Shown here: positions 14,949-28,629 of the stretch, piece after piece | Layout: the number at the start of each line of letters is the position of its first letter | How positions within the stretch are numbered: the stretch's first letter is position 1 | DNA from: Octopus bimaculoides | Lineage: Eukaryota | Direction of reading: 5' to 3' | DNA length: 58,642 bases | Assembly: GCF_001194135.2 (NCBI RefSeq) | Contig: NC_068998.1 | Location: 48,854,227-48,912,868, forward strand | Notes under the pieces: generated by a model | Databases searched by the model: none | The model's input: the letters and a program-made list of their open reading frames with translations, nothing else | What the model was told of the DNA's origin: nothing | Translations under genes and position numbers: made by a program

Positions 14949-16019
14949 GTATACAAATACATACATACACACACACATGCATCACTCCTCATACATCTTG
15001 TATATTCACAGAGTTGCTTGCATACCGTTTAAAAGTAACATCAACGCCCACCGTCGCTATCATCATCACCATTATCGGCCATCATCATCATCATCATAAT
15101 CCTCATCACCATCATCTTCAATAGCACCACTGACTTCATCTCCATGGCAACCACAACAACAACGACTACAACAATAACAAGAAGAAGAGCAGAAGAATCC
15201 AGTTAAAACCCGTTCCAAAAAGAATTTCAACAGTTGAAAGAGGAATATGAGGCGAGTGAAGAATTAATTCTTGTGTTGTACATCTTTGGCAGAACTAGCT
15301 TCTCCCGATCGACTGTTTCAAAAGACTTGCTGGTCACTGGATATATATAGGATACATAGCAGCTAGATCTTCCTGAAAAAACCACCATCCGCACTTGGGA
15401 GAGTCTTAGGAAATGGTGGACGCGAAACGTAGAGCTTGATGTAGGACGAAAAAAAATAATCGAACAGAACAATACGAAAAAAAAAAAGACAACAGCCAAA
15501 CAATATCAAAAAGTATACTAAAATATAAAAAAGCCCCAACAAAAACGCAAGCTGATTGGTCATGGCTGGATTGTCTTGATCATTGTCCTGCGAATTCAGA
15601 ACTGAACAGCAGCAGCAACAACAACAACAACAACACAGACCACCTGATGCATATTTTGTAAACACGCACACGCCTACACACACATACACACACGTTTACA
15701 CATACACACATACACACATACACGCATGCACATACGCACATACATACACACACGCATATACGTATAAGCATACATATACTCACACATGACGGTTTGGGCC
15801 TGAGGTGGTTTATATTGGATCGAAACCGGGTCGAACGGGCTACAGTGATCCGGATTTGTAACGACCAAGCATGAAAACCAGAAGTTGAATATTTTGGATC
15901 TCCAGCTGCAGCAAAGACTTCTTCATTTCGACTACTTAGATGCCTTTCGGAAAGGAATGAGTGCCACACATTCACATTTTCTCCCCATGTGGTCTAAAAC
16001 CTAAGTAAGAAATCAATTT

Positions 16020-16225
16020 TATTGTTATTATTATTATTGTTCAGTAGTTTTATTTTTATAACGTGCTTTCACTTCACTACCGAGCGCAGCTCTGTGCGCT
16101 TGGGTATGTGCTGTGGTTTGCTGTGGTGCTCTTATGGTTACTGTATTGAAAGTGTTTTGCGTAGGATGTGTGCAGTGCCCAGTAGTGCAATTTTCTGTAT
16201 GTTATATATATTTGTAAGTCCTTGT
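16020..16225 (-). mobile_element. 3' end of an R4/Dong-type LINE with an (AAT)n tail
   Basis: Minus strand reads NIQKIALLGTAHILRKTLSIQ*, the typical R4-clade C-terminus, then a 3'UTR ending in AATAAT repeats. Confidence 0.75.
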
Positions 16226-16363
16226 TGTTATTATTGGGTGAGAGAGCAATGCATGCCATCAAAGCGACACTGGGGTAGAAATATACGAAGCCCAATATAC
16301 CCATCATGACTACCCGTCTGATAAGGACACACGAGGCACATGCGTCACAACCACATGTGCGTG

Positions 16364-16560
16364 ACATGGCTGAATCGATAGCACGCCGAGCGAAATACTA
16401 AGCGACATTTCCTTCTTCTTTATGGTCTGACTTTGAGGTTGACTTTGCCTTTCATCCTCTCGGGATCGATAAAAGTAAGTACCATTTGAAAACTGGGTCG
16501 ATGTAATCGACTCATCCCCTCCCCCAAAATTGCTGCCTTTGTGACCAAACTTGAAACAAT
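16364..16560 (+). mobile_element. SINE family B
   Basis: CTTTCATCCTCTCGGGATCGATAAAAGTAAGTACC...GTCGATGTAATCGACT. Confidence 0.75.
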
Positions 16561-16734
16561 TCTTCTTCTTCTTCTTCTTCTTCTTCTTCTTCTTCTTCTT
16601 CTTCTTCTTCTTCTTCTTGCCTTTGCACATCTTCTAACGCTGGAGATGTACTACAGTGTCAGCTGTTCACTACCAGTGAACTAAGGTAACACCTCCTATT
16701 TTCCGAGCACCTTCCGGAGTATTCGAGCGGTCCC
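16561..16734 (-). mobile_element. Short 3' end of a second R4-type LINE family with an (AAG)n tail
   Basis: Minus strand 16734-16696 reads GTARILRKVLGK*. The 3'UTR runs into (GAA)n; the 5' junction is in a (TAA)n tract. Confidence 0.65.
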
Positions 16735-18587
16735 ATTATTATTATTATTATAATTATTATTATTATTATTGTTGTTGTTGTTGTTGTTGTTGTTGTTATT
16801 GAGTGAGAGAGCAGTACGTACATATACACACACATCCCTGTGCGTACGATGAGTTCCCATCTATTCGATTTCTTAGTGGACTGCTCTAAATTCTGTAACT
16901 CTGTCCCTGAATTGTAATGTTTTCCTCATCCGTGACTCATGCGATAGATACAAATCTCACATAAAGAAGCATACCCTTTTCCTTACTGGTGTACCCGAGC
17001 TTCATGGTAGTTCGAACTCATGGCCAGAACCTTCTGAATGACGTGGACAAGCGTATTGCTGTGTCGGCTGAGCAGGTCGAAGATGTATAAATCGAACACA
17101 GCCCACAGAGTTACTGACGAGAAAAAAAATCATGCAAATGGGACGAGAGCATTTTCGCGTCTTGGTTTAAACTGAAGATGGTCGGCAACGAACAGTTTGC
17201 AGAGCGGAAGATGGTTAGAGTCACGGGGGTGAGGTGGGAGGCTTGCGTTCCTGCTTTGAAGGCGGCTTCGTATCCTTGGGAAAGACCATGGGATCTTGTG
17301 TTGGCAGGTATACTGGGAGGATATAGTAGAAGGATGTTGATAGAGTTGCTCTACTGATTAATCACGATATAAGAAAGCCATAATATGATTTGTGTGTGCC
17401 TATACTTACACCTGTACGTATATATGAATGTAAAGACATAAGTACATACATAACTTGCATGTATGCATATATCTATGCACGTGTGTGTGTGTGTGTGTGC
17501 GCGTATGTGCATGTGTGTGTATGTGCGTGTGTACGTGGCTTTGTTTATTTATTGCTGTAAAATAGCAGTTCATCGAATATATAGTGACGAAAAGAGTACC
17601 GGCCATGAAAATGAGAAGTGCGGTCAATACGATCATTTAAACTCTTACACACACACAAACACGCACACGTCAAAAAATGTGGCACAGAATGACGACAAAA
17701 AAATTTACTGGATAAATAGAAAAAAATCCACTTAGACGGAAACATACTGAACTCCTCGTCAGATGTCGACCAAATATCATCACAATTTCAGTACATTTAT
17801 GTATTATACGTACACACATACATACTTACGTAAACACATACATACATATGAATATATCTATGTATGTATGTAGCGTGTGTATGTGCGTGTGTGTTTGTGT
17901 GTTTGTGTGTGTATAGCATTCAAATTCGTTCTTCCGCATTCCAAGTTCAAATTTCACTTCCTGGAGGGAGGAGTGAAACTATCTAATATATATATATATA
18001 TATGTATATATATATGTATATATATANNNNNNNNNNNNNNNNNNNNNNNNNNNNNNNNNNNNNNNNNNNNNNNNNNNNNNNNNNNNNNNNNNNNNNNNNN
18101 NNNNNNNNNNNNNNNNNNNNNNNNNNNNNNNNNNNNNNNNNNNNNNNNNNNNNNNNNNNNNNNNNNNNNNNNNNNNNNNNNNNNNNNNNNNNNNNNNNNN
18201 NNNNNNNNNNNNNNNNNNNNNNNNNNNNNNNNNNNNNNNNNNNNNNNNNNNNNNNNNNNNNNNNNNNNNNNNNNNNNNNNNNNNNNNNNNNNNNNNNNNN
18301 NNNNNNNNNNNNNNNNNNNNNNNNNNNNNNNNNNNNNNNNNNNNNNNNNNNNNNNNNNNNNNNNNNNNNNNNNNNNNNNNNNNNNNNNNNNNNNNNNNNN
18401 NNNNNNNNNNNNNNNNNNNNNNNNNNNNNNNNNNNNNNNNNNNNNNNNNNNNNNNNNNNNNNNNNNNNNNNNNNNNNNNNNNNNNNNNNNNNNNNNNNNN
18501 NNNNNNNNNNNNNNNNNNNNNNNNNNNNNNNNNNNNNNNNNNNNNNNNNNNNNNNNNNNNNNNNNNNNNNNNNNNNNNNNNNNNNNN

Positions 18588-18835
18588 GACCCCTGTTGTA
18601 CTCTTTCACCACAACTTTCTCTCACTCTTACTTCCTCTTTCTGTTGTGCCTGTAATTCAAAGGGTCAGCCTTGTCACTATGTCTCACGCTGAATATCCCC
18701 GAGAACTACGTTAAGGGTACACGTGTCTGTGGAGTGCTCAGCCACTTGCACGTTAATTTCACGAGCTGGCTGTTCCGTTGATCGGATCAACTGGAACCCT
18801 CGTCGTCGTAAGCGACGGAGTGCCAACAACAACAA
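18588..18835 (+). mobile_element. SINE family C, 3' portion (5' part in gap)
   Basis: Near-identical to the body and tail of 26141-26524; ends GGAGTGCCAACAACAAC. Confidence 0.85.
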
Positions 18836-20077
18836 TGTATGTATGTGTGTGTGTGTGTGTGTGTAAATTCATACGTCTCAGTGGTGAGGAACCGAAGAAA
18901 GAATACTTAATAATGAAGTGCGTTAGCGGATGGTGTGTGAATTATCTATTATGTAAGTAACACTCAGTGTACCGTGGTCGACACCCTGGATTTCCTGCAA
19001 GCAGAACAGATCTAATATAATATTCATTAGTCGGTTAGTTTTCTGACTGTATGCCAAAGTATATTGTATATATTTATTTATATAATTATATATCATACAT
19101 AACCCACATAGAAAACACAATTGCGGGGCTTTTCGTATTAGCTGGATTGGTTAGAAATAACAACTATATCCCACTTAAATCATATTTTACCGTCTTGAAA
19201 CCATATCTATGACTGTAGTCATAGATATGACTTCAACGATATAATGTCGATGAACGGTCATTAAAAGTAAATGACCCAGCCTTCGGTTTCGACTTTGTGC
19301 ATTCAGTTGGTCGATCAACCGAACTTCCCGATCATCGAATAAACAACTATATGGCTGAGTATTCCACAGAAACATGTACCCCTTAAAGAAGTCCTCAGAC
19401 AGAATTATGCGTGATTCAGTGTATTACAAAATTTACACTTTGGCTAACAGTGATAGTCTATTCGGTGGGCTTCCGTGCAGTTTCTGTCTGTTCAGTTCCA
19501 CTCACATTACTTGGACCGATGGACCGATCCGCGGTTGTGGTAAAATATTCATTCAAGATTCCACGCAGTGGGAACGAAACCGGGACTTCGTGATTATGAA
19601 ACAAAACATCTCAACCATTCAGTCATCCTACGTCTGTAGACATATGAGTGGGGTGTTTAAGGTTATCACGAATGGCCTAGTTGGAAGCTCAACCTTCCTA
19701 GTTCTTTTACAGGGCTTAGAAGAACTGCTGCAGTAAGTGTGTGACTCTGAGAGGGGAATATGTTGAATCAAATCATAATTAATTGATCCTCCTGTGTGTG
19801 TTTTTTTCGCTGCTATTTCTAGCGTGTCAAGCAACCAGCCACGTAGTGATATCCTTCTTGTTTTGGCTATTGTGGTTGTCACTGTTGTTGGTGTTGGCGT
19901 TGTTGCTGTTGGTGTTGTTGCTGTTGGTGGGTGTGATAGTGGTGGTGGTGGTGGTAGGGGTGCTCTTGTTATTGTTGTTGTTGTTGCTGCTGGTGTTGGT
20001 GGTGGCGGTGGTAGAAGTGGTCATGTTGTCGTAATCGTTGCAGCTGTGAAGGAAGGTGACGTTTCTGATGTCATTAC

Positions 20078-20110
<33 letters not shown>

Positions 20111-20587
20111 CTTCTAATCCTCTTGAACCCAATCCAGTCGACATGTTCTTACACGTTGTAATACCGTAATCTGTTGTAAATTATGTCCGAAGCAATTCTG
20201 TACAGTGTGTGTGTGTGTATGTATGTGTGTGTGTGTGTGTTTGCGTTAATTAACCAGCCAGAGCATGAGGGAGGCATCGAGAGAGGGTGGTGTGTGTGTG
20301 TGTGTGTGCATTTGTGTGTGTATGCGCGCGCACGTATGTGTGTGAGAGTGATAGAGACAGAGAGAGAGAGAGAGAAATGGATATCGCAGCAAAGATGTCC
20401 AGACTTGTCAACATGCCGTTTAATTTCAGTAATTGTGACGACGAAGATGATGATGACGACGAAGATGATGATGGTGGTGGTGGTCGTGGTCGTAGTGGTG
20501 CTGACAGTGGTGGTATGAAGGTAGTGGTGACGGTGTTGGTGTGAAGGTGGTGATGGTTGTGGTGACGTTGGTGGTGTGATGGTGAAA

Positions 20588-20812
20588 TTATTTAGCCGCA
20601 TGAGCGTCGTTTCCAGGGATAACTTCAAAACCCCTATTAGTCATGGAATCTGTCAATTTCTTAAGAGTAGCAGGTTGGATTGCTTCTGCTGCCGCTTTGA
20701 TGGTCGCCCATAAGATATCATTCGACTTAAATTGGCGTCCAACGGCATAAACATCTTGCTTAATGATGGACCAAAGATTTTCGATAGGGTTGAGATCCGG
20801 AGATGCTAACAG
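20588..20812 (-). mobile_element. Tc1-type transposase C-terminal fragment
   Basis: Minus strand reads ASPDLNPIENLWSIIKQDVY...LKKLTDSMTNR...*; SPDLNPIENLW carries the DD34E glutamate motif. Confidence 0.85.
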
Positions 20813-20937
20813 CTACACCATCACCCTTTCACCTTATATGCTGTAAGACCCTAGGAGTAAGACCCAAGGAGTGAAAATAAAGAATGTGTAGTGGCTAGCG
20901 ATCTAGCTTTATTTTCTCTCCTTGTTTGTTTCTGTGT

Positions 20938-21048
20938 TCCTTTCTGTGGAAGAGCGTAGGCTCGAAGTGTTAAAGACTTTTTCACTTCCCGAGCGTTAAA
21001 CTAATGCATCTGTTTGTTGTCTACACCACCTGTCTTCGACTTTTTTTT

Positions 21049-21050
<2 letters not shown>
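20938..21050 (+). repeat. Penelope-LTR-like repeat with a degenerate hammerhead (other copies about 40050-40150 + and 1810-1920 -)
   Basis: Shared CTGT.GA-GAGC-GTA(G)-GCTC-GAA..GT-TAAAGACTT...CCCGAGCGTTAAACTAAT; all three cores are mutated. Confidence 0.6.
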
Positions 21051-21135
<85 letters not shown>

Positions 21136-21578
21136 CATACATACATACATACATACATACACCGAGAAACTTCAGGATGGAAAAGCACCTGGAAGAGGCT
21201 TGATTGTTGGATACTGGTAGGATGCAAAGGTTAAAAACTATACGCATGCATCTGGCGGCCCCTACTGGCCCTTTGTCCTCAGTACTTACGTATAATTTCC
21301 ACCCTTCTTGAAAAGTACGCGTTAAGATTCTTAGAGGAAACTCTGAACACAATTTTTATTATAATGTCCTCACCGTTAACACTATTGCGCGTGGAAAATA
21401 AGCTTATGTCCAAGTGAAACGTATTCATGGTTATTTTCATATAAATATCTAGATTTCGTGTTTTGTTTACGTTATATTATTGCGTAGCACTATTTCGGTA
21501 TGTCTCGGTCTCTCTCTCTATATATCTATTAAGTAGGTAGTGAACAGCTTCACAAAAATACATCACGTTGTGTTTTGA

Positions 21579-21650
<72 letters not shown>

Positions 21651-22299
21651 AGTCAGTTTAGCATCAGTTAGAATATCGACGAAAGGTATAAACCACACGC
21701 AAATGCTTGGCGCTGCAGATTGTATACCACCGACAAGAGAATAATTCTAAAAACTTCTCATCTCCCAGATTTAACTTCTCATTTCCCAGATATTTATATT
21801 AAAGGCAAAACCAAGGCATCCTAGAGAAATGAATCTAACAGGTTTCCGTGGATCTTATTTATATCTTCAACAAACAAAAATTATATGTTGACGTGTGCTG
21901 AGACCTGCCTATCGACAATAGATAGATATGAGCACTGATTTCTGATGTGATAACAAAATCCACAAACTCTTGTTAGATTCATTAATTCGAGGTGCCGTTG
22001 GCTGAGGAGACAAAACGATGTTCAAATACCGAGTCTCCTGGAGTCCTCCCCCTTAATTTAATGAATGGAGTGTGTTGAGTATATATTTGTGTGAAAGAGG
22101 TTGTTCTTCAAAGACGAAACACAACAACGGTAAACATATTCGAATCTGCCAGAATGTTTTAAGAATGCATATGCAAGTTATTATGCACACATGTGCGCGC
22201 GCACACACAAACACACACATTATTCACTTTGTTAGAGGCATGCGAAACTTTTCATACGCACACACACATACGCTTACACATGCTCATACATATACATAT

Positions 22300-22353
<54 letters not shown>

Positions 22354-22379
22354 TTCTAGGTGTACGTAAATCTATGTAT

Positions 22380-22990
22380 GCAATAAAGCCTAGACTACCA
22401 TCAACTTTCGAGCCTCCGTTCAATGTCATATCAGCTTACATTTCGTAGACATCACTTAAAATTTTGCGCAACTACGCAGAAGACATTAAAATGACAACGA
22501 CATTTAGCTGGAAGACGGCCAGGAATTCGTGGAACTGTGAATATTTTCAAACTGCGGAGACTCATTAGCGGTGAATGTCTCCGCTTTTAGAGTGACCCGG
22601 AAAGGTGAAGAGCACCAACCTGCGTCACTGGACTTGTTTGTGAAAAAACAAACTTCTCGACAGTGTCTGTCCACAAAGTCGAGCTTATGGAAGTGTAGAA
22701 TGATGATGCTTTGAGAAGGATCAAGTTCTGCCGACAACGTACTAGCGCTTCTCTCTGGTTGATTTTCAGCCGTATCAAGCAAGGCCTCATCATCCACACC
22801 AGATAGTCTCCCTGAACATGTTTGTCTTCTAGGCTGGTGTCACTTCCCTTGAATAAACTGAACCAGTTTTATACCATACGTTCGTTGATAGATCTTGGGT
22901 CTTTCTCATTGTTAATTTATTTTACCACTCAGTCCTTCTTGTTTTTTTTTTTTCACCAGGTACCTGAAATGACTCTAATTACAATTTTTT
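22380..22990 (-). mobile_element. Mariner transposase relic (HTH region, internally deleted)
   Basis: NWFSLFKGSDTSLEDK...DDEALL...SASTLSAELDPSQSII..HFHKL; frameshifted. Confidence 0.65.
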
Positions 22991-23551
22991 TTACAACATT
23001 CATTATCAAAACTGTAAAACGAAGATTAAATTATTAATGTTTATATGTTTATATATGAAATGAAGGAATAGACAAATCAGCAACGATTGGACAAGTTGTA
23101 TCGTTTGTAAAAATCTGAAAAAAACGTTTGTCTCAGCCTGGTATATATACATTTTATTCTATTATATTTAAATTAATCCGTTAACCCTCACGCATATGAA
23201 TAAATAAAAAATAAAACAATTCCATATATTTAGTCTGTTGGAATGAACGGATAGGTCAACATGCAATTTTTTGTTTTTTGCTCAGAACTTATAAATGAAA
23301 ATTTCATGCATAAATTGATAATTTATTAAATGAAACAGCTGTAGGAAGAAATGATTATTAATAAATAAATATAACCACTAACTCTTCATTTTCTTCTCTT
23401 AATTTAATACGGACTATATATATATATACACCGGTGAGTGTGTTAAATTTTAAGGCACAATAAGAAAATGACTCTCCCCAGACACAACAGTATATATATA
23501 TATGTATATATGTATATATGTTCATAGAGGGTTTTGGCACCATATAAGATG

Positions 23552-23640
23552 TATTTCGACGGCTGTTTCTGGAGTCCATTTGTTTACAAGGTATGAATCC
23601 ATTAATTTCACACTGACAATGTCCCCTTCATCAGGAAATA
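23552..23640 (-). ncRNA. Type I hammerhead-like ribozyme with a long stem II loop
   Basis: Minus strand TATTTC-CTGATGA-AGGGG...(long loop)...CTCC-A-GAAAC-AGCC-GTC-GAAATA: 6-bp stem I, GUC triplet. Confidence 0.55.
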
Positions 23641-26140
23641 AGGAAATATATAGCAAGGTTCGAAGAAATATAAGAAAAAGGGAAAAATTAAGCTTTTCGT
23701 CGGCTTCTGGATCAGATAACCCTCTATAAACATTACTTTAGGACTCTCAAAACAAATTTATCGTTATTATTTCTCTGACTTTTAAATCCACCTTTAAGAT
23801 CTCTCACTGCCGTCGATGTATCTTATAACTTCTAATAATTAATTTCAACATTTTTAATCTTGAATTTAATATAGTTTTTAATCGATGTATCACCCTTTAT
23901 TTATCCATCTCACGTATATTTTGACCTCAAGTATTTCTTATTTCTCTTCTGGAAATTTGTTTTGATATGTTCCTTGTCTGGTATATTTATTGTGTTGTGT
24001 ATATTTATCATGTTGATATAAATCATAACTTTAGGATGATTATCTAAATTTCGTCTCTTCTTAAACCAAATTATATAACATATGTGTATGTGTGTGGCTG
24101 TATACATAGGTGTGTGTGTGTAGATATATATAAATAAAGGATAGATAGACAGGCGTGCTGAAATATGTTGGTGAAAACTGCTAGTTACGCACCTCTATTA
24201 TTTTTAACATCCCAAGAGTAAGAATGTTTGTTCCCTATTCACATAGCTTTGCCCCATTCACCCTTAGGAACACGTATACTCACATGCGTACACATATACG
24301 CATATCCGCGCCCGTACACGCACGCACACACACTCACTCACAGCCAGCCAAACATATACACACACACTCCTACACGCTCGCGCACACCTAAGCTATTGCA
24401 TAAGAAGTCGGCCTAGTTTGAAATCATTGCAAATACACATACACATACCTGTGTGTATACGTATATATATATANNNNNNNNNNNNNNNNNNNNNNNNNNN
24501 NNNNNNNNNNNNNNNNNNNNNNNNNNNNNNNNNNNNNNNNNNNNNNNNNNNNNNNNNNNNNNNNNNNNNNNNNNNNNNNNNNNNNNNNNNNNNNNNNNNN
24601 NNNNNNNNNNNNNNNNNNNNNNNNNNNNNNNNNNNNNNNNNNNNNNNNNNNNNNNNNNNNNNNNNNNNNNNNNNNNNNNNNNNNNNNNNNNNNNNNNNNN
24701 NNNNNNNNNNNNNNNNNNNNNNNNNNNNNNNNNNNNNNNNNNNNNNNNNNNNNNNNNNNNNNNNNNNNNNNNNNNNNNNNNNNNNNNNNNNNNNNNNNNN
24801 NNNNNNNNNNNNNNNNNNNNNNNNNNNNNNNNNNNNNNNNNNNNNNNNNNNNNNNNNNNNNNNNNNNNNNNNNNNNNNNNNNNNNNNNNNNNNNNNNNNN
24901 NNNNNNNNNNNNNNNNNNNNNNNNNNNNNNNNNNNNNNNNNNNNNNNNNNNNNNNNNNNNNNNNNNNNNNNNNNNNNNNNNNNNNNNNNNNNNNNNNNNN
25001 NNNNNNNNNNNNNNNNNNNNNNNNNNNNNNNNNNNNNNNNNNNNNNNNNNNNNNNNNNNNNNNNNNNNNNNNNNNNNTGCCACCATCCGCCGCCGACCGC
25101 ATTAACTGTTCTTAACCGTTGCTTCCATTACTTTCAGTAAAGCAGTTCAACGCCTCCTGTTAATAAACATCAATAGTAGACCGTAACATAGGATAGAGAT
25201 TAGATTACATACGGCCTATTAGGGGTGGTGGTGCCCGTACGTGGACGAGCAGGCTAGAGCTACATGAAACAGCAGCCAAATCTATTTACCTCAAATCTCA
25301 CGGTGACGTTTTCCGAGTAAAAACAAGAACGAGAGCAGTAGCAGCTTCCGCCACCACCACCACCACTACCACCACCACCACCATCATATGTATGCCTCAG
25401 TGTTTTTGTTTGTCTCTTACTGGTGTTTCTTTGTTTACGTTCCTATAACTTACCAATTCGGCAAATAGATTTCGACGGGATGAATGCCGCATTTAATATA
25501 AGTCCTGGGGTTTGTATTTGTTCGGTTTAAATCCTTGAAGGCTTTGCTGTAGCATGGCCGTAGTCCAGTGACTGAAACCAGTTGAAAAATAAAAGACTTG
25601 GTGCAGATGGTCCCGGCTTATGGGACGTAACCACGCATTTCTCTGTGTATATGTGTGTATATATGTATATGTGCGTGTATATGTGTATATGTACGTGCGT
25701 ATGCAATAACGCAATCACCCAGTCACGCCTTCTGCATAGATAACAAGTAGTTAAACCGCAGCTGACGTAGTTAATGTTGTGAACCAAGATATTTTCGTTT
25801 TATCAATTTATACCCTAAACGAAGAGAAACAATCATTAAATTAATGATGATATTCTTAATCAGCAATAACAGAGGAAACGATGTCTAAATTTTAGATAAT
25901 AAAAGTTGAATAAAGTAAGATGTGAGTGTCGTTTTCCACCGTACGGTGACAACTTTAGACATGTTTCCGCCTGATATAACTTCATCAGTAAAGCATAATG
26001 TTCCCGCCTTGCTAGATCTTAAGATGACTAGAAGACGTAACTATCTTACTATTTCCCACGCTGTCGGTCACTCTTCCCCCTCTCTCTCTTTCTATGTGTA
26101 TGTGCGTGTTTGTATGTATGCTTGTGTTTATATGTGTTGT

Positions 26141-26524
26141 GTTGTTGGCACTCCGTCGCTTACGACGTCGAGGGTTCCAGTTGATCCGATCAACGGAACA
26201 GCCTGCTCGTGAAATTAATGTGCAAGTGGCTGAGCACTCCACAGACACGTGTACCTTTAACGTAGTTCTCGGGGATACTCAGTGGGACACAGTGTGACAA
26301 GGCTGACCCTTTGAATTACAAGCACAACGGAAACAGGAAGTAAGAGCGAGAGAAAGTTGTGGTGAAAGAGTACAGCAGGGTTCGCCACCATCCCCTGCCG
26401 GAACCTCGTGGAGCTTTAGGTGTTTTCGTTCAATAAACACTTACAACGCCCGGTCTGGGAATCGAAACCGCGATCCTATGACCACGAGTCCACTGCCCTA
26501 ACCACTGGGCCATTGCGCCTCCAC
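26141..26524 (-). mobile_element. Full-length tRNA-derived SINE family C
   Basis: Minus strand GTGGAGGCGCAATGGCCCAGTGGTTAGGG...GGTTTCGATTCCC; near-identical to 50836-51215. Confidence 0.9.
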
Positions 26525-27053
26525 ATGAGTTTATATATAAACATGGAGTAAAAGTACACAATACATAGAGTTAATAATGATTTCATTTCCTACAGCTGTT
26601 TCAGACCCATTGTCGAATGAAATCCCCAGCAGGTCGTAATCAGGCTTGCTATATTGGTTGCAAAATTAAGACTTTCAGTGACCAGTTTATTTGCTCTGTC
26701 TTAATGTTCGTAAAAGCACAAATATGCAAATTAAGCTATCCACAACAGCATTAGTTTGATTCATGATTGCTTTATATAGCAGCTGACTATTCTATGCAAG
26801 AAAGTGAGTTCATCTCCACTGTGAGGCATTCAACACACCGCAAAACGGTGTCTCGCAGCTCTACACCTCTAAAACACACAAAGAATTTATTTACATTCTT
26901 GTAATTTCCTCTCACAGCTCGGCTTTCTAATACATACGTACACGCAAACCTAAACTTGCGCACACACACACAAGTACATATACATGCACACACACATATG
27001 CATACACATATACATATGCATACACATATACATGCACACACACATATGCATAC

Positions 27054-27261
27054 AGGCGGTGAGCTGGCAGAAACGTTAGCATGCCGGGCGAAATGCTTAG
27101 CGGTATTTCGGTTGCCGCTACGTTCTGAGTTCAAATTCCGCCGAGGTCGACTTTGCCTTTCATTCTTTCGGGGTCGATTAAATAACATAATCGAATCAAT
27201 CCGTTTGTCTGTCCTTGTTTGTCCCCTCTGTGTGTAGCCCCCTGTGGGTAGTAAAGAAATA
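27054..27261 (+). mobile_element. SINE family B head with an alternative 3' tail
   Basis: GGCGGTGAGCTGGCAGAAACGTTAGC...GAGTTCAAATTCCGCCGAGGTCGAC. Confidence 0.8.
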
Positions 27262-28227
27262 GCACATATGCATACACACCTACGTACTCCACGGGGCACA
27301 TCATGATTAGTTTTAGGAATGTATTTTTCGCCAAAAGTACGCAACATCTATTCATGTAATCATGAGTTATTTGGGAAATAATAGATGAAAAGCATAAACT
27401 TCTGATACATGATATAAAGGAAATATATGTGGTCTTACCTCATAGCTAGACTTCCGTTACAAAACCTCCCCCCTTCACATTCTCACTTCCTCTGTGTTCA
27501 TATGTGTGCATATACATGCAAATAATATTGTGTATCTCTCTCTCTCTCTCTGTATATGTATATGTATATATATATATGAACAAAAATTTGGTGTTTAGAT
27601 AGAGCAAGTAAACTAACCACTGAAAAGTCTTAAGCGGATACGATCGCTTACGAGAGAGTAGAAGCAGTTGCGCGAAAACTCTCACTTACTCTGGTTGCTA
27701 AGCACTGCATGCTACAACTGTTTGGCTGACATTATACGTAAAATAAAATAACAAGAAAAATATATACTGCGCATGCACTGAACATATTTTGACAACCGTA
27801 TGAACGAATCATTAAACCAGACGACAAAACAATCTAATTTTGCTGTTGAATATATTGGGTCATAAATCAAGAGGAGATTATTTATCTATGTAGACGTTGC
27901 CGATCAGTTGAACGCAAAGAACTGCCTATACAGAATTGGGAGCAACGGCCATAAACAAAAACATCTACTTTGTCAAACGAACTAAAGAGAGCTGATCAAG
28001 GGAGGCAACCGTTATAAGAAGCATTTTTGGAGAGAGCTTTTTTTAAAAATTATTTCTATTCAAGAATAATAATATTTACAATGTCTGCAGATATGAATTT
28101 TATAAGGTGAGTGTCTTTCTCATATAATGTCTCCCAACATAAGTGCACATCCATCCATCCATCTCTGTCCATACATGTCCATACATACATGGTAGCATAT
28201 GGATAAACACACACACACACGCACGCA

Positions 28228-28284
<57 letters not shown>

Positions 28285-28404
28285 GCGCGCGCGTGTATAT
28301 ATACATGTATTGAAACATACAAACAAGTATACACGTATGCGTACTTATGAACATAAATGTATATACACATGTACACACATGCATATACACAGCACATACA
28401 TAAC

Positions 28405-28450
<46 letters not shown>

Positions 28451-28629
28451 CATGGATACAAACAAGCATACATAGAGACATACACGCAACCATGTTCACA
28501 TATATACTTACATTCATGCACACATTATACTTACATATATTTATATACAAGCGCACATGTTTGCATGTAGACACACGCTCACATACGTACATACATACAT
28601 ACGTATGTACATGCATACATACATACATA

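Noticed and set aside
503-14985. Numerous long ORFs rich in CV/HT/YI/RE/SL dipeptides and ORFs spanning X runs (here and throughout the window)
   Set aside because: They are translations of microsatellites or of N gaps, not genes.
19783-20144. Hydrophobic Leu/Val and Gly/Asn/Thr-rich ORFs that resemble membrane or secreted proteins
   Set aside because: They derive from (GTT)n/(GGT)n triplet repeats, with no splice or domain support.
27689-27724. 36-nt minus-strand micro-exon candidate (PNSCSMQCLATR) with a GTAAGT donor
   Set aside because: No compatible neighbouring exons or recognisable protein were found; such matches are expected by chance.
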